Translations under genes and position numbers: made by a program
NCBI GenBank assembly: GCA_010093605.1
Contig: MU004196.1
Span: 518,606 to 582,605, forward strand
Reading direction: 5' to 3'
Length of the DNA: 64,000 bases
DNA from: Lophium mytilinum
Lineage: Eukaryota
The notes under the pieces: generated by a model
Seen by the model: the letters and a program-made list of their open reading frames with translations, nothing else
Databases searched by the model: none
Told to the model about the DNA's origin: nothing
Shown: positions 24,999 to 36,950 of the stretch, one piece after another
Numbering within the stretch: position 1 is the stretch's first letter
Layout of the letters: every line of letters begins with the position of its first letter

Positions 24999-25764
24999 AT
25001 GGCCACTCTTCACTGTAAGCGCACCTCTCTTCAATACCACCACTATGTCCATGACGGCATGGCTGGAGTTTGGCGGGGAGATGAAGCAATTGCACATTGA
25101 ACTTCAACTCTTCATGTGTGCAGCTTCATCGCTTTCAAGGCATTCGATCACGGCCTTCATCTCCCTCCAAGCACCGGGCGTCGTCGGAATGCAGCATCAC
25201 GCCTTTTACCAAGCTTCCCGAAACAGCCGCTAACCAACCCCTCACAGACCTCCCCCCGGTTAAGCCCTCGGCCATCGCCCTCGGCACCGTCTTCAACCAC
25301 GTCGCCTCCCTCGCCGTGCTCGGCCCCGTCTTCGGCGACGCCTACCGCAAGTCACAGCAAGCCAACAGCTCGGAAGAGTTCTTCAAGTCGAAGGAGACCG
25401 CCACCGCCGCTGCCACGTGGGGTAGCTCGCTCGCCGGCTCCGCCATCCAGGCCTATGGCGTCGGTGCTTTGATCAACGCTACCGGCACTCTCTCCTACAA
25501 GGGCGCTGCGTACTTGGGCAGCTTGATCTTCATGGCCAGTGCGGCCCCTGCGGTATGTGACCAACAAACTCTCATCACCAACTTCGATGATACACGCTGT
25601 GAATGTGAACAGTACTGACACGACTACAGCTCGTCTCCCAAGTCATCACCGAGAAGCGTCCCCTCGACACCATCGCCGTCGGCGCCCTCGCCCGTGTCTT
25701 CGAGACCGTCGGCCTCAGCTTGTTCCTCACTTACTGGGGCACTCGCACCAACCCTTTCGAGTAG
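24999..25764 (+). CDS. DUF1761-like small membrane protein (3 exons)
   Basis: MATLHY|LPPVKPSAIALGTVFNH...TLSYKGAAYLGSLIF...|LVSQVITEKRP...FLTYWGTRTNPFE*. Introns 25015-25247 and 25553-25629. Confidence 0.78.
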
Positions 25765-26674
25765 ATTCCCCACCTTTTAGTCACGAATGGAACGGAAGTG
25801 GATGGGAATGAATGCATGCGTTGGCTTTCAAACTGAACCACGAATGGCGAACTCAGGCAGGCGGGTTTGCTTTGAAAATCTTGTACCAGTAGACAACAGC
25901 CCTTGAATGAAATTAAACAAAATTTCAAAATAACAATGAAGTTTGGTGCTTCTGTGAAGTGATTGAGCTATTGATGTAGACTTACTAACGCTCTAATATG
26001 GTACGTGCTGAAATTTCGGGAGCTTCTTGTCTCGTTAGGCTTTGCTCATCTGATTCCGTCTCAGACATTGCCTCAGCGGAGTGTATAGCTGCTTGCGTGT
26101 ACGTAGCTCGATCCTCTTCCTATGCAGTCAACCTTTTGTACACTCGTCTCTCCTAACTCGCCTCCATTAGCTGTGGTGTTCTCCTGTGGTTCTCTGCTCT
26201 TCACATCATTCACACACATCATCATGACACGGCAAGGTGAGATAGTAATTCTCGACATGAATTTCAAGCTATCGAATCCAGTCCCCTTTCCTGTCTTTCT
26301 TTCCTTCCGTTCCTCAAAAAATCACCAGAACTCCGCCCCGCCGACCTTTTGATCGCTGTGCAAGTCACAAGAAAAAAGAAAACAAAAGACCTAGTAGAAC
26401 CGAACCGGGAATCCTCCCGAGCCCAGCCTCCACGACGCCGGCATCTTCAACTATGGGCCGAATGCCGCCCTCCCACTGGGACCGACCGCACCTTCCGACA
26501 ACGAGAGTAAATGTTGAACCGCCTGTTGAGCCGCCAGATCAGTCGACTCCTGCTCCGATTGCTGGTACGCCGCATGCAACCGATCTCTGCCCGACCGGCT
26601 TCGGCCTATACTCATCACGTCCCCTAGAAGCGCAACACGACGTCAACAGCGCATCCCAACGCACACGAGCCGGT

Positions 26675-27893
26675 CTACCTCTTCTTACTGCCCGGCCGCG
26701 GCTTGCACTCATCCCCCACAATCGGGTGCAGCATGATCTTGTTCGCCAGATTCGGCGTGTTGAAGCCGTACCCCTTGCTCCAGTCGTAGCTGACGGCGTA
26801 GGCGAAGATGGAGCCGGTGCTGTTGAAGGCGGTTGACGAGATGGAGCCGCCGACCTCCGGGTAGCCCTTGAGGCGGTGCTTGGCGTCCTTGTCCCAGAAA
26901 TGGAAGGTGCCGTCGCTGCCGGCCGTGCTGAAGGTGCCGTGGACCGGGTGGAAGGAGATGGCGTTGACCGAGTAGACTTTGGCGACGTCGCGCTGGGTCG
27001 TGTCTTGTTGGCGGTGGCATTTGAAGGAGAAGTTGAGGCTGTGGGGAGGAATGTTAGATGATATCGCGGAGGAAATGGTGATGCTACGGATGGGGAATTA
27101 CTTACCCTGAATCTTTGTCGTCCGCGTATTGAATAGCGCAACGTCCCTCAATACTACCCACTGCGAACCCCGTCGCGTCAGTGAAGCAGCTCACAACCCG
27201 CGTCTGCCACTTGAGCGGACTCGTGATGGTCTTGTGAAACGAGGGGGTGTTCCTTAGCGAGTACATATTGATAGCGCGGTCCTCGGTGCCCACGACGAGC
27301 AGCTCGTTTTTGATGTCCATGGTGTAGCACTTCTTGCCGCCGAGGTCGAACTCCAAAATCGAGTTCCCCTGCGTCCGCAGGTCCCAGATCTTGATCTTCG
27401 CGTCCCACCCGCCCGTCACCAGGTAGTCCTGCCCGCCGCTGTTGAACATCTTGGCCGACTTGATCGCGTCGTCGTGCTTAGCGCATTGCGTCGCCGTGAT
27501 CTGTCCACCGCTGCCTAGATCGGATATCTGAGCCCAGCCGTCGGCGCCCGCGGCGACTACTTGTTGGCCATTCTATATTGTTGTTGCGTTAGCTCGAGTC
27601 TCCTCGGATTTTGCGAGAGCGCGCAGGGGACTTACCGTTGACCAGCAGACGCCCAGTACTGGCTTCTCTGCTTTTATTATGTGCTTTCCTTCGGTCGTCC
27701 CGTCGGGCTTGACTTGGTAGACCCGACACTGGTTATCCCACGACCCGACTGCTAGCAAATCGGCGGCTGATGAGAAGGCGAGCTCGGAGACGCTGTCGCT
27801 TGGTGGGTCGGTGACGGCGCGGTCGCCCTTGGTGTCGCCTTGCGTATTTGTGGTCGAGGTGCCCGCCGTGTTGGACTGGCCGAAGAGAGACAT
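26675..27893 (-). CDS. RAE1: Poly(A)+ RNA export WD40 protein Rae1/Gle2
   Basis: PPSDSVSELAFS...GSWDN...SPLKWQTRVVSCF...GFAVGSIEGRCAIQY...NFSFKCHR...FHPVHGTFSTAGSDG...YAVSYDWSKGY. Introns 27573-27635 and 27039-27105; stop at 26675-26677. Confidence 0.95.
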
Positions 27894-28282
27894 GGCGTCA
27901 GACTTTGAATTGGTTTATGAGTTGTGTGAAGAGGTGGGCGCGCGCTGGATGGTATAGAGCGGACGTCGAAGGTCTCTTGAGAACAGAGAGTCGCAGCGAG
28001 GTGATTGCCGCTGAATAGTAGAAAGAATGCTGTAGGAAGAAGCGATCCTTGGGGCGCAGACACAAAGGGATCAAAGGGCCAACTCGGGGCTTTATGCACA
28101 GCTTTGCTAAACGGTGGCTTCTTCACGCGCAGAACAAAGACGAGAAGCTTCGCGAGGCAACGGCCAGGCAGCTCCCCAGCGCCTGCCTATTTTCTGCCTA
28201 GCCCGCCTCGGCGCCGGAACAACCCTTCTTGCGGCGAACCTCACAAAACTCTGCCGACTCTGCTCCCGCTTTCCCTTCCTCC

Positions 28283-28740
28283 AGCTCCTCGCTCGAAGAA
28301 TCGCATTCAAAGCTTACACACAGAGACGCGTCTCCGGACGCGCTTCTCATCTCGCACATTGCTTTGGGAGAAAGTCCCCGGACACCCTGCCTCGCAGGCA
28401 CCCGTGCCAACACGCCGCCACAGAAGCACCGCGGCCTCGCCCACCAACCCCACCGGACATCGCCCTCAGCATCGTCTGCACTCCCGCTGCCACCGACTCT
28501 GCTCCGCCCGCAAAGGTTCTGGCACCACGGACGAAGATACGAGTCCGCCAGTCCCAGAGCAGGCGTGTCGCAGTGCTGTGTGTTTGCCGTGTTGGAGGAG
28601 AAGCTTTGGGCCGAAGCCAGTGGCGGGCGAGGGTTTTTTCGTCAAGATGGATAGTTATGCGATTGCTTTTCCTCACACTGCGTTCTGCGGGGTGTGAAGG
28701 GAGGTAACTCGATGGGGCTTATTCTCGATGCGAGGGGCTC
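28283..28740 (+). ncRNA. RNase MRP RNA
   Basis: CR-I GAAAGTCCCC (28370-28379) pairs with CR-V GATGGGGCTTA (28711-28721) to form P4. CR-IV ATAGTTAT is at 28651. P1: AGCTCCTCGCTCGAAGAAT with ATTCTCGATGCGAGGGGCT. P2: AATCGCAT with ATGCGATT. P3: AAAGC-TTACA...GCTTT with a CGCGTC/GACGCG apical stem. P19-like hairpin TCACAC/GTGTGA. A T-rich run follows the 3' end. Confidence 0.92.
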
Positions 28741-29147
28741 AATTCTTTTTTTCAAAGGGTTTGCAAGGATGCTCTCTCGGCATGCCTATGCTTGGTCGAA
28801 CAAGCCAAACTCAATCAACTCTCTTCTCGTTCAGGTGATGAAATAACAAATAGAGTCAAGCACTGAGGCCGCCCGCAGACCCTACGTGGTGTCGGGTAGC
28901 CATGATGCGAAACATTTAAACAACCTCTGATGAACGAAAGAGAACTCTACATAGTTAGATATAGGTCACGGCGGAGACTTGAGAATGAATCGAATGCCAC
29001 TGTTTGGCTGCTTGTTGGTATCGCTTGTGATAGGGATGCAAAATATCAGATGCCATGTCCAGAACTCCACGCAGCCCGACTCTAACACCAGCGCTCCAGA
29101 CGAACCCGCTAATCGAGGCACAAATAATGGTTCTGCAACTTCTCTCG

Positions 29148-31037
29148 TCAGTTTCTGACCGCTTGATTCTCCGTGCCTTCGACTCTCGGCCTCTTCACGT
29201 CTCCCCCGTCCCCTAATCCGCTTTCTGCCTGCTTGTTGCTCACATCCGACAATGGTGGTCTTCCAATAGGCTCCGCACTCCTCTTCGCGCCGACTGCTGG
29301 TCCTGGAGGCTTGTATGCCCCTCGGTTAGCTAGCGGGCTCTGTGCTGCACCGGGCATTCCGATCCGCCTGTTCGTGTCTGCCTGTGGGTTGACGAAGTTC
29401 GGCCTGGGGAGAGGACCGCTATTGGCAGCATTGCCGGGAGCCTGGCCTCCTCCAACAATAGCTTGCCGGCTTATAGGCGCCGACTTCATGTGGTCGAAGC
29501 CACTTGTCCTACGGAGAGACGGGCTTTCCGCGTGCGGGTTAAAAGCAGGCAGATTTTTGGGAAGAGTGCCATTGCCGGTTTCCGGTTTGTTGATGTGCTC
29601 AGCTGCGCGTGCTGTGATGAAGCCAACTGGAGGCTCGTGGTTGACAGGTGGACCAGTAGGACCATTCCGCGAAGGCTCTGTCCGAGGTTGTTGCTGCATG
29701 TGGTTGGGAATTGACTCAGACGCCGAAGACGGGTTTGACCGTGGCCCCTGATTTAGTTGTTGTTGATTCTGCGGAAGAGCCGGGACTTGCTGTTGGGTCT
29801 GGGGTCTTGAAAACTGGTGATTGTTCCGCTGTGGAGGCTGCATGTTCGCACGAGCTACTTCAGCTGGAGCTTGCTGGACTCCGTTTGGTGTTTGAGGGCC
29901 TCTGGCTTGCATGACAGGTCTGGGCTGTGGGACTTGATTGTTTTGCAGCGGCTGCTGGACACCGGTTTGCGGCCTCATCGCTGGCATTGAGTTCGGACGG
30001 TTCATGCTTTGGCGAGTGAGATTTTGAGCAGCTTGATTGTGCGGTGGTGGGCCGCTGTTGTGTTGCGGTGGTCGTTGCTGTGGCTCTCTGGGATCTGCTT
30101 TCGGCGTCTCGAACATGGAATCAGACACGGCGTCAAGACCGAACTCGTCTCCACCACCCTCAGAGATATCCACACCATCGAACAAATTACCACCGAATTC
30201 ATCTTCAAAGTCGACGCTCGAAAGGTTAGACTGCAAGCTTGGCGGACGAGCGGTAGTGCTGGCTTTCTCTGGTGATGGCGGCGGCGGTGGCTCTCTCTTG
30301 ATCGGAACAAAATCCGGATGTCTGTGAAGGTTGTCCGGATCCCACTTTGACGGCATAGCTTTTACGCCCTTCACCTTAACCAGATACTCCTTGTCGTATA
30401 GACAATTGCCCAGAACATTGCCAAATGTTCGTAGGGCACGCTTTAAGCCATCCGTGGCAGCCTCCTTCTTTGCTTTTTCGAATGCGGGTGCTTTGCCTTT
30501 GCAATTCTCGATATGACCGTAGCCAATATCCTTCATCTACGTGAGCGCATATAGTCAGGATATAGAGAGAACGCGAACCTCGTGGAATGTGCCATCCTTC
30601 AACGTAACGCGCACTATGATCGAAAGCCCTATATTCACCCTGCCCGACGATTGGATTTCGTCGACCTATTGTCCGTATCAGCGTCCTTGCCCTCGAACAA
30701 ACTCGAATTGGGGAAACTCACAAAGTCTATCGTCACTTCTCGTACGGAGCTAGACCATCCATTGAAGCCAAACACGTCATTCGCCAAGTTTATCGCCTTT
30801 TGAGCCTCCAGATATGCCACCCGTCCTCCACCTGCGCCAGGTCGCGTTGACACATATTCCGGTCCAAGCTGCTTGCTCAATCGGCTTTGGAGGGTCGCGA
30901 TCTCTTGGGCCGTGAAGTTGCTGACGCGCGGGTCTTCGAACGGGTTCGCGATGGATTTGTACTGATCGCCTGGTCTGATTGTTGTTAGTATTGCCGTCGT
31001 TAACTTGAAATTGAGGGCATTGAGCATACGATGGCAT
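29148..31037 (-). CDS. RAD52: DNA repair and recombination protein Rad52
   Basis: MPS|PGDQY...[23 protein letters not shown]...[16 protein letters not shown]...[59 protein letters not shown]. Three introns: 30975-31029, 30666-30721 and about 30531/30537-30578. Confidence 0.96.
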
Positions 31038-33706
31038 TTTGAACAGGTCGTTATGTGGTTGTGGACATCGGGGTGGGCACCCGCGGGCGTGTTGGTGACG
31101 CGATGAGGTTCGTGGTTCAAGATCGGGGAACAAGGCAGACGCCACAACGCGAACTTCGCCGGGCAGCACGTGATCGAAACACTAAACCTTAGAACTCAGC
31201 CTGCGCCTTTCACTGCCTAACATCGACACTGCAAACCGGGAACGCAGACATTTCACAACGGATGGAACTCATATTTGTGGCTCATTGATTCACGGAGGAA
31301 GTCATGAGTGTTGCATCTTCTCGGCTTCTCTGACATCTCTAAAAGACAACTCTGTAGAGGTTGAAGTCGTTCCTTTAGCACAGGGTTTCCAAAGCTTAGT
31401 TTCACGTAACGAGCAATCTCAAGCCCATTAAAGATATTGTTCCTAGCAAGCTGCTCCAACAGTCATCAAGTACTCTCCCTTCCAATCGAAGACCCTGAAC
31501 TACAGCTTGCGCCCAAACAATGGCGCTGATGCTTTCCAGGCTCCTCTCCTCGCCCACCAAAGCATTCAAGACGTGCTTGAAAATAGAACAAAGCTTAGAA
31601 AAGCGAGTTCGATGTGGCATCCCTTCCAAAAGTAATTGATAAAAATGCATCCCCCTCTCGTAAATCCAAATTATATGTCGTCTTTCTTCTTCTTCTTACT
31701 CAACTTGTCTTGAGTTTCTCCGTTCTTCGCTAGTACCTAAAAACTACAACATCTTCTTGGTATTTTTTTATTCCACGTCTCCAATACTGCTAAGGCTATT
31801 CTAAGTCCTCTCCTAGTCCAACTCAGCCCTTTTATCACGTGTGAGTGCTCGACGAGGCTGCCTTCAGATAAAATGGGTTTAAAGTAATAAACTGACACAA
31901 CATGTTCAAGTCAAGTGTTCAGACTGCCATTGAAAAGTAAAGGGAAAGTAAAGGAAATAGGTAATGCCTCATCTAAACGATGACTGACGCTCACGACCGA
32001 CCCCCCCGAAAGGCTGATCAATTTTTCCCTGGGCCCCACAAAGAGTATTCGAAAACGTAGAGATCCTTGATCTTTCCCATCGCCCTCTTCCTCCGCCAGT
32101 CGAATCGGATCGTTGCTACGTATTGACAGCACGGACAGTGTTTGGAGTCGCCTGTGTGTTTTGCCTTGTCACTGGGCAGGTATATGTCCTTTTTCGTGCG
32201 TAAAGGATTTCGAGGAAGTTCTAGCCTGGTTACGGAGTCTGATGCCTGCGCTAATATGAACTGGTTAGCGGATACATGAGAAAAGTAGACGATGAAAGGT
32301 CTTACCAGCTACATCGCCTGTTTGCTCGAGGGTGAGGGCTTGATCGGATATTACGAAGACGGCCGCTTGAGTTTGGCGGAAAGAGTCCCTTCTCGATGGA
32401 GCTTGGGCATACCTTTCCACCGATGGAGAAGTTGTATGCACTACTAGGGCCATGAATACAGGTCTACTTGTAGTCTTGCTTTTGATTGGGGCTTCCAGGG
32501 CGTTGAGCGGCGTAGAATACCTAAAGAGCAATGCGAGGATGACTAGAATGAAAGGAGAACAATGAAAACGATGAAAACGATGAAAGCGTCTCAAAAGAGA
32601 ATCAGGCTTTGATATAGTCTTACAGATACGCAGCCCTCTTAGTAGGGTGCAATCACGCGGCTGTCGTCAGAGGGCAAATAAGTGGCGGAGGCAGTGCTTG
32701 TTGGCACATCACCCCCCCAAACAGCCCAAATTCCAAGAACTGGAGACCCGGGCTGTAAGGGCTGCAAAGGGTTCACCGGTTTTCCGGCTGCATGCTCAGC
32801 CGCACTTAACTCCCTACAAAGGTATCTTATTGGCCACTTCGCGAAGTTGGCTTTCGATCCTCGTGCTGCCGCTGTCTGGTCACTGGGCGCATATGCAGTC
32901 ATGTCCGCACTGATTGGAAAGAAATTCCTTCTGCCTCGCGGCCTCAGGCAAGCAAGTCGCCTTTTGGAACATCCATAGGAATAGAATCCGCCGCCCCGCC
33001 ACCTCTTTCTTCAAACCACCACTTGAACATGGACTACAGATAGTGTGAGTGTCCACCGCCAAAGAGACCTGCTGGCGCAAGTCTCAAACGAGACTTATCG
33101 TGCGCTATACGAGATGATGAACATGTGTGTCTTTTTCTTCAATAACACAGTATTTCGAAAGTGATGCTTCCGCAGGCGACTGCATTCTAGCCGCCGGGCA
33201 TTCCCGCCTTCTATTGATGGCTTCTGTGGCGGCCTACCTGTTCTTCAGCCTTCCCCGTCCCGCTAATGACGAGCCGCTCCCGGCGCTCCACAGCCCGAAT
33301 CCTTGAACCGTGAGCCTGTGATGTGCATGTCGGCGCATCTGTTCACAGGAGGCACTGCCTTCTAGACGTTCAGCCTTGCGGCTCTCTTGGCCCGGGGAAA
33401 GAATCGCTGTTGCGTTTGTCGCAAGCTCAAATAGAATACAAAAGGTCGTAAGCAACGTCCGAAGACTGCGACGAGTGATCCGATGCCATGTCACATTTTG
33501 CACAAGTGGACCGCCTAAGCACCATATCCTGCGCTGGCAATGGACCCTACATCGCCATCGAAACCTTTGCTCGAGCCCCTCTCGCCAGACGGCCTTGGTT
33601 TGCAACACAGCTCAGGCGCCCGAGGTGACGATGGCGCTGTTACACCGATTTCGAGAGCCACTCTCAGTGATCAGGGTCAGCATGACGCATATATGAATCC
33701 CGTCGA

Positions 33707-35816
33707 ATGACTGCTAAGAATGCTCTAGATATCGCAGACGACTTGTGCTTTCCGCCGTTGCCGCTTTGCACTAAGACCGCCTGCTCGGATTCTGATCTGA
33801 AAAGCCCCTGGTCGCGGAAAATAATCCTATCGCTAGGTAGGTAGAAGGGTCGCTTCTATACACTACGCTCTTCAAGCTGACGGAAACAGATGGCGGCGGA
33901 GTCCGAGGATATTCTTCTTTGCTGGTTTTAAAGCGGATTATGTTCCTAGTCGAGGAGATTGAACTCGGGGCTAGACGTAGATGCAAGAAGGTACAGCCCG
34001 GTTCCGAATATACCTTCGTGCTCCGAACTAACCTGTTGGCATCAGGCCTCTGGCGAAGCAGACAACGACCCGAGTTCTTTGTATTATGCACCGAATGAAA
34101 GTAGCGCGGCCTATCCTTGGTCTGATTCCAGCGTACCGTCGGCTGATACGTCATTGTGTCTGAGCAACGGGAACGTCACCCATATCGAGGATGAATACTC
34201 TGATGATGATATTTCAGCGAGTGTCGAGAAGACGTTCGCGTCAGATAAGTTGGTGAGCGCCTTCAAACCTCATCATTACGTGGACTATATCGCCGGAACT
34301 AGTACGGGAGGGTATGTTGTATGATTCTAGAGTCTCCAGTAGATATACTGATTCCGTCTTTGTAGATTGAGTGCGATCATGCTGGGGCGGATGGAAATGT
34401 CCATAGATGAAGCGCTTACACAGTACGATTTGGTTGGCAACCAAGTCTTCGGAAAACCGAGATTTCTCCACTCGCATTTTGCGCTGACGAACTACATCAA
34501 ACCTAAGTATCACTCTCGTCACATGGAAAAGGCCATGAAGGCAGTGACCAAGTTTGGCTTAGCCAAGGAGTTGAGCCTGTCGAAAATCACAGAAGATACG
34601 GTTTCGTTCGAGAGTAATGAGCGGCGGTGTAGAACGTAAGTCCTTTGACAGCGCGGTCGAACGTGTTATCACTGACCTTTACTGCTGCAGCATTGCTGTA
34701 GCTCACCCGTCAACCAACCGTGCCGTCACTCAGACCGCATACCTTTTCCGCAGCTACGACCACCTCCATCCGTCTCCTTTCTCGTCGCAAAAGAGGGCGC
34801 CAAACCATCTCAATCCCGGGAAAGCTAACCGACAACCTATCTGGCAAGTTGGTCGCGCTACATCCGCCGCTCCCAAATACTTCTCCTCGATATCCTTTGA
34901 CAAAACGACCTTTCGGGATGGTGGTATGGTGGCAAACAATCCGTCGAAGGTAGCGCTGGATGAAATCGATCAACTGCACGAACAGAAACCCCGAGTCCTT
35001 CTCTCGATCGGGACCGGCGCAGTCGAAGACGATGACAGTGAGCGCCAACTTACTCAAGTAAGCTACATTAAAGACTGGTCTCACATAATCGGGCTAGTGA
35101 GCGCATTGGCTACGCAATCAGAGAATACCCACGGACAGATGTTACAAGAGGTTGGAAGGATAAACAGGATCGACCCAAACGCCGCGGGCAGCAAGGGGGA
35201 TCAATATTCCAAGCTGAAATATTTCCGTTTCAACGTAGATGGAGGCATGAAAAAGATTGAGCTTGATGAATGGGACCCTAGGAAAGATGGAGTTGCAACA
35301 AAAGCGACCATGCTCAAGCTCACAAAGCAGTATCTCAAACGGCCAGGTACCCACAAGACCCTTCTCAAATGCGCCAGGGAGTTGGTCAGAGTGCGTAGAC
35401 TACGGGCGAAGACAGATAGATGGGAGCAATTCGCCTGCGAGTTTGTGTACTACTGCCCCGAAAAGATTTGCAGGAACGTCACGCGCACTTTCGTCACTCG
35501 TGAGGACCTACGCCGGCACGCCTACGATGCGCACTCTTTCGTTTGGGATGTCGGTGTCCAGAATCATTCGAAGTTGAACTACGCGTGTTGCTGGGACGAC
35601 TGCGAGTACTCGGGTGTGTACGTATTTTTGGACCGTAAGGAGTACCTGGAGCATCTGAAGGGCCATCACATACCAGAGCCGCCCTTTGCTACAAGACGCC
35701 AGCTTGAGGAATGGTTGAATAAGGGACGTAGGGATCAGACTGAAGCGCTTGAAATAATCGAGGCATCGAGGAGGACTCGCACCGGAATGGCAAGCCTGGG
35801 AGGAGAGGCTAGGTAG
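33707..35816 (+). CDS. Patatin-like phospholipase with two C-terminal C2H2-type zinc fingers (4 exons)
   Basis: ILSL|DGGGVRG (intron 33837-33889), GTSTG|GL (intron 34312-34365), intron 34636-34690, RATSAAPKYF and FRDGG...NNP. Then CPEKIC-x12-HAYDAH and CWDDC...FLDRKEYLEHLKGHH. Start codon uncertain. Confidence 0.85.
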
Positions 35817-36950
35817 TCTTACGTCGTTTATCAAGTAGCGCCTCGAGCGGCTCGTGCCATTTCTAAGGGTATAGGCTAGGGATATTAGCCGTGGGCTATA
35901 CTCTTTGCATCCGGTATAGTGAGTTAAGTCTTACCTGCTTATGGACCTTCTCAACCCTACACCGAGCATAGAAACGAGCAATGCAAGTCAAATAGCCAGG
36001 ATACACAAACTACTCCAGTAAATAAGCTTAGACGTGATCACCATATGGCCGAACCTGGAGAAAATGGTGTTTCTTGGCGTTTTGTTGATACTGCCGAAAT
36101 ACACTGCGAAGAGACAATGGCTTTCTACTTATACTCAACAATTTGATTCAACACTTTGATTTCGGTGGTTATGCGAAACCCTTGCCTACCCAGACAAACT
36201 TTGTATTTTGGCAGTGAGATAGGCTGCGACAGTGGGAAGAATTGTGATTGAAACTGTGATGAGGCAGCGTACGACATGGAATCACTCACGGATAGCATTT
36301 TGAAGTGAAAGTTTTGAGGAGGATTTCGAGCGCGCGATGCGTAGAGCTCGAGAATGACTTTTTGCATTCCATTCGTTCCGTACCGTATACCAGCCTAACC
36401 GTCCAAATACGATGGATATCTTCCAGTACTGTAAAGAAGCCACGACGAGCATCTAAAATACACTCGAGAAACGCAGGGAAACGAGACCTATATATCAGAA
36501 CCTGAAGCTTCAAAACAGAGCCCGAACCTCCAAGACAGTGCCTGAGCTTCAAACTAGAGAAATCCTCCCGAACTTTTCATGTTTTTGATCGACCGATAGT
36601 AGGTCTAAAGTACGCAAAGAGTCACGGATGCTGTGACATGAGGCTGCGACGCCTGCAAGACCTCACCAAAACAGACCCAAGTTAAGACTAGACCGGAAAG
36701 GACCAGGCCCAAAAAGAAGCCCCTAGGAGAACAAGAAGTACTTGGAACCAGAAAGATGGAAGACTGCAAGAGGATCTCTAACCAGAGAATCAGAGTTCGG
36801 GAAGCACAACGCCATCGTACACAGCATCCCAAGTCGAGCAAACGTCAGTCTCAGGGGCTCAGCCAGCCGAGCCCATAGACACATTACGCACCCAGTGCAA
36901 CACAAACATTAAAAAGTAGCAAGTAATAGTGTATTAAACCGGACACACCA

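Noticed and set aside
28005..28707. Several overlapping 100-230 aa ORFs
   Set aside because: Explained by the GC-rich RNase MRP RNA.
31253..31830. Possible RIP-killed gene on the minus strand (stops readable as Gln/Arg codons)
   Set aside because: About 9-10 stops in about 190 codons is near random expectation, and no family motif is recognisable.
32554..32586. (ATGAAAACG)x3 tandem repeat
   Set aside because: Short simple repeat with no further structure.
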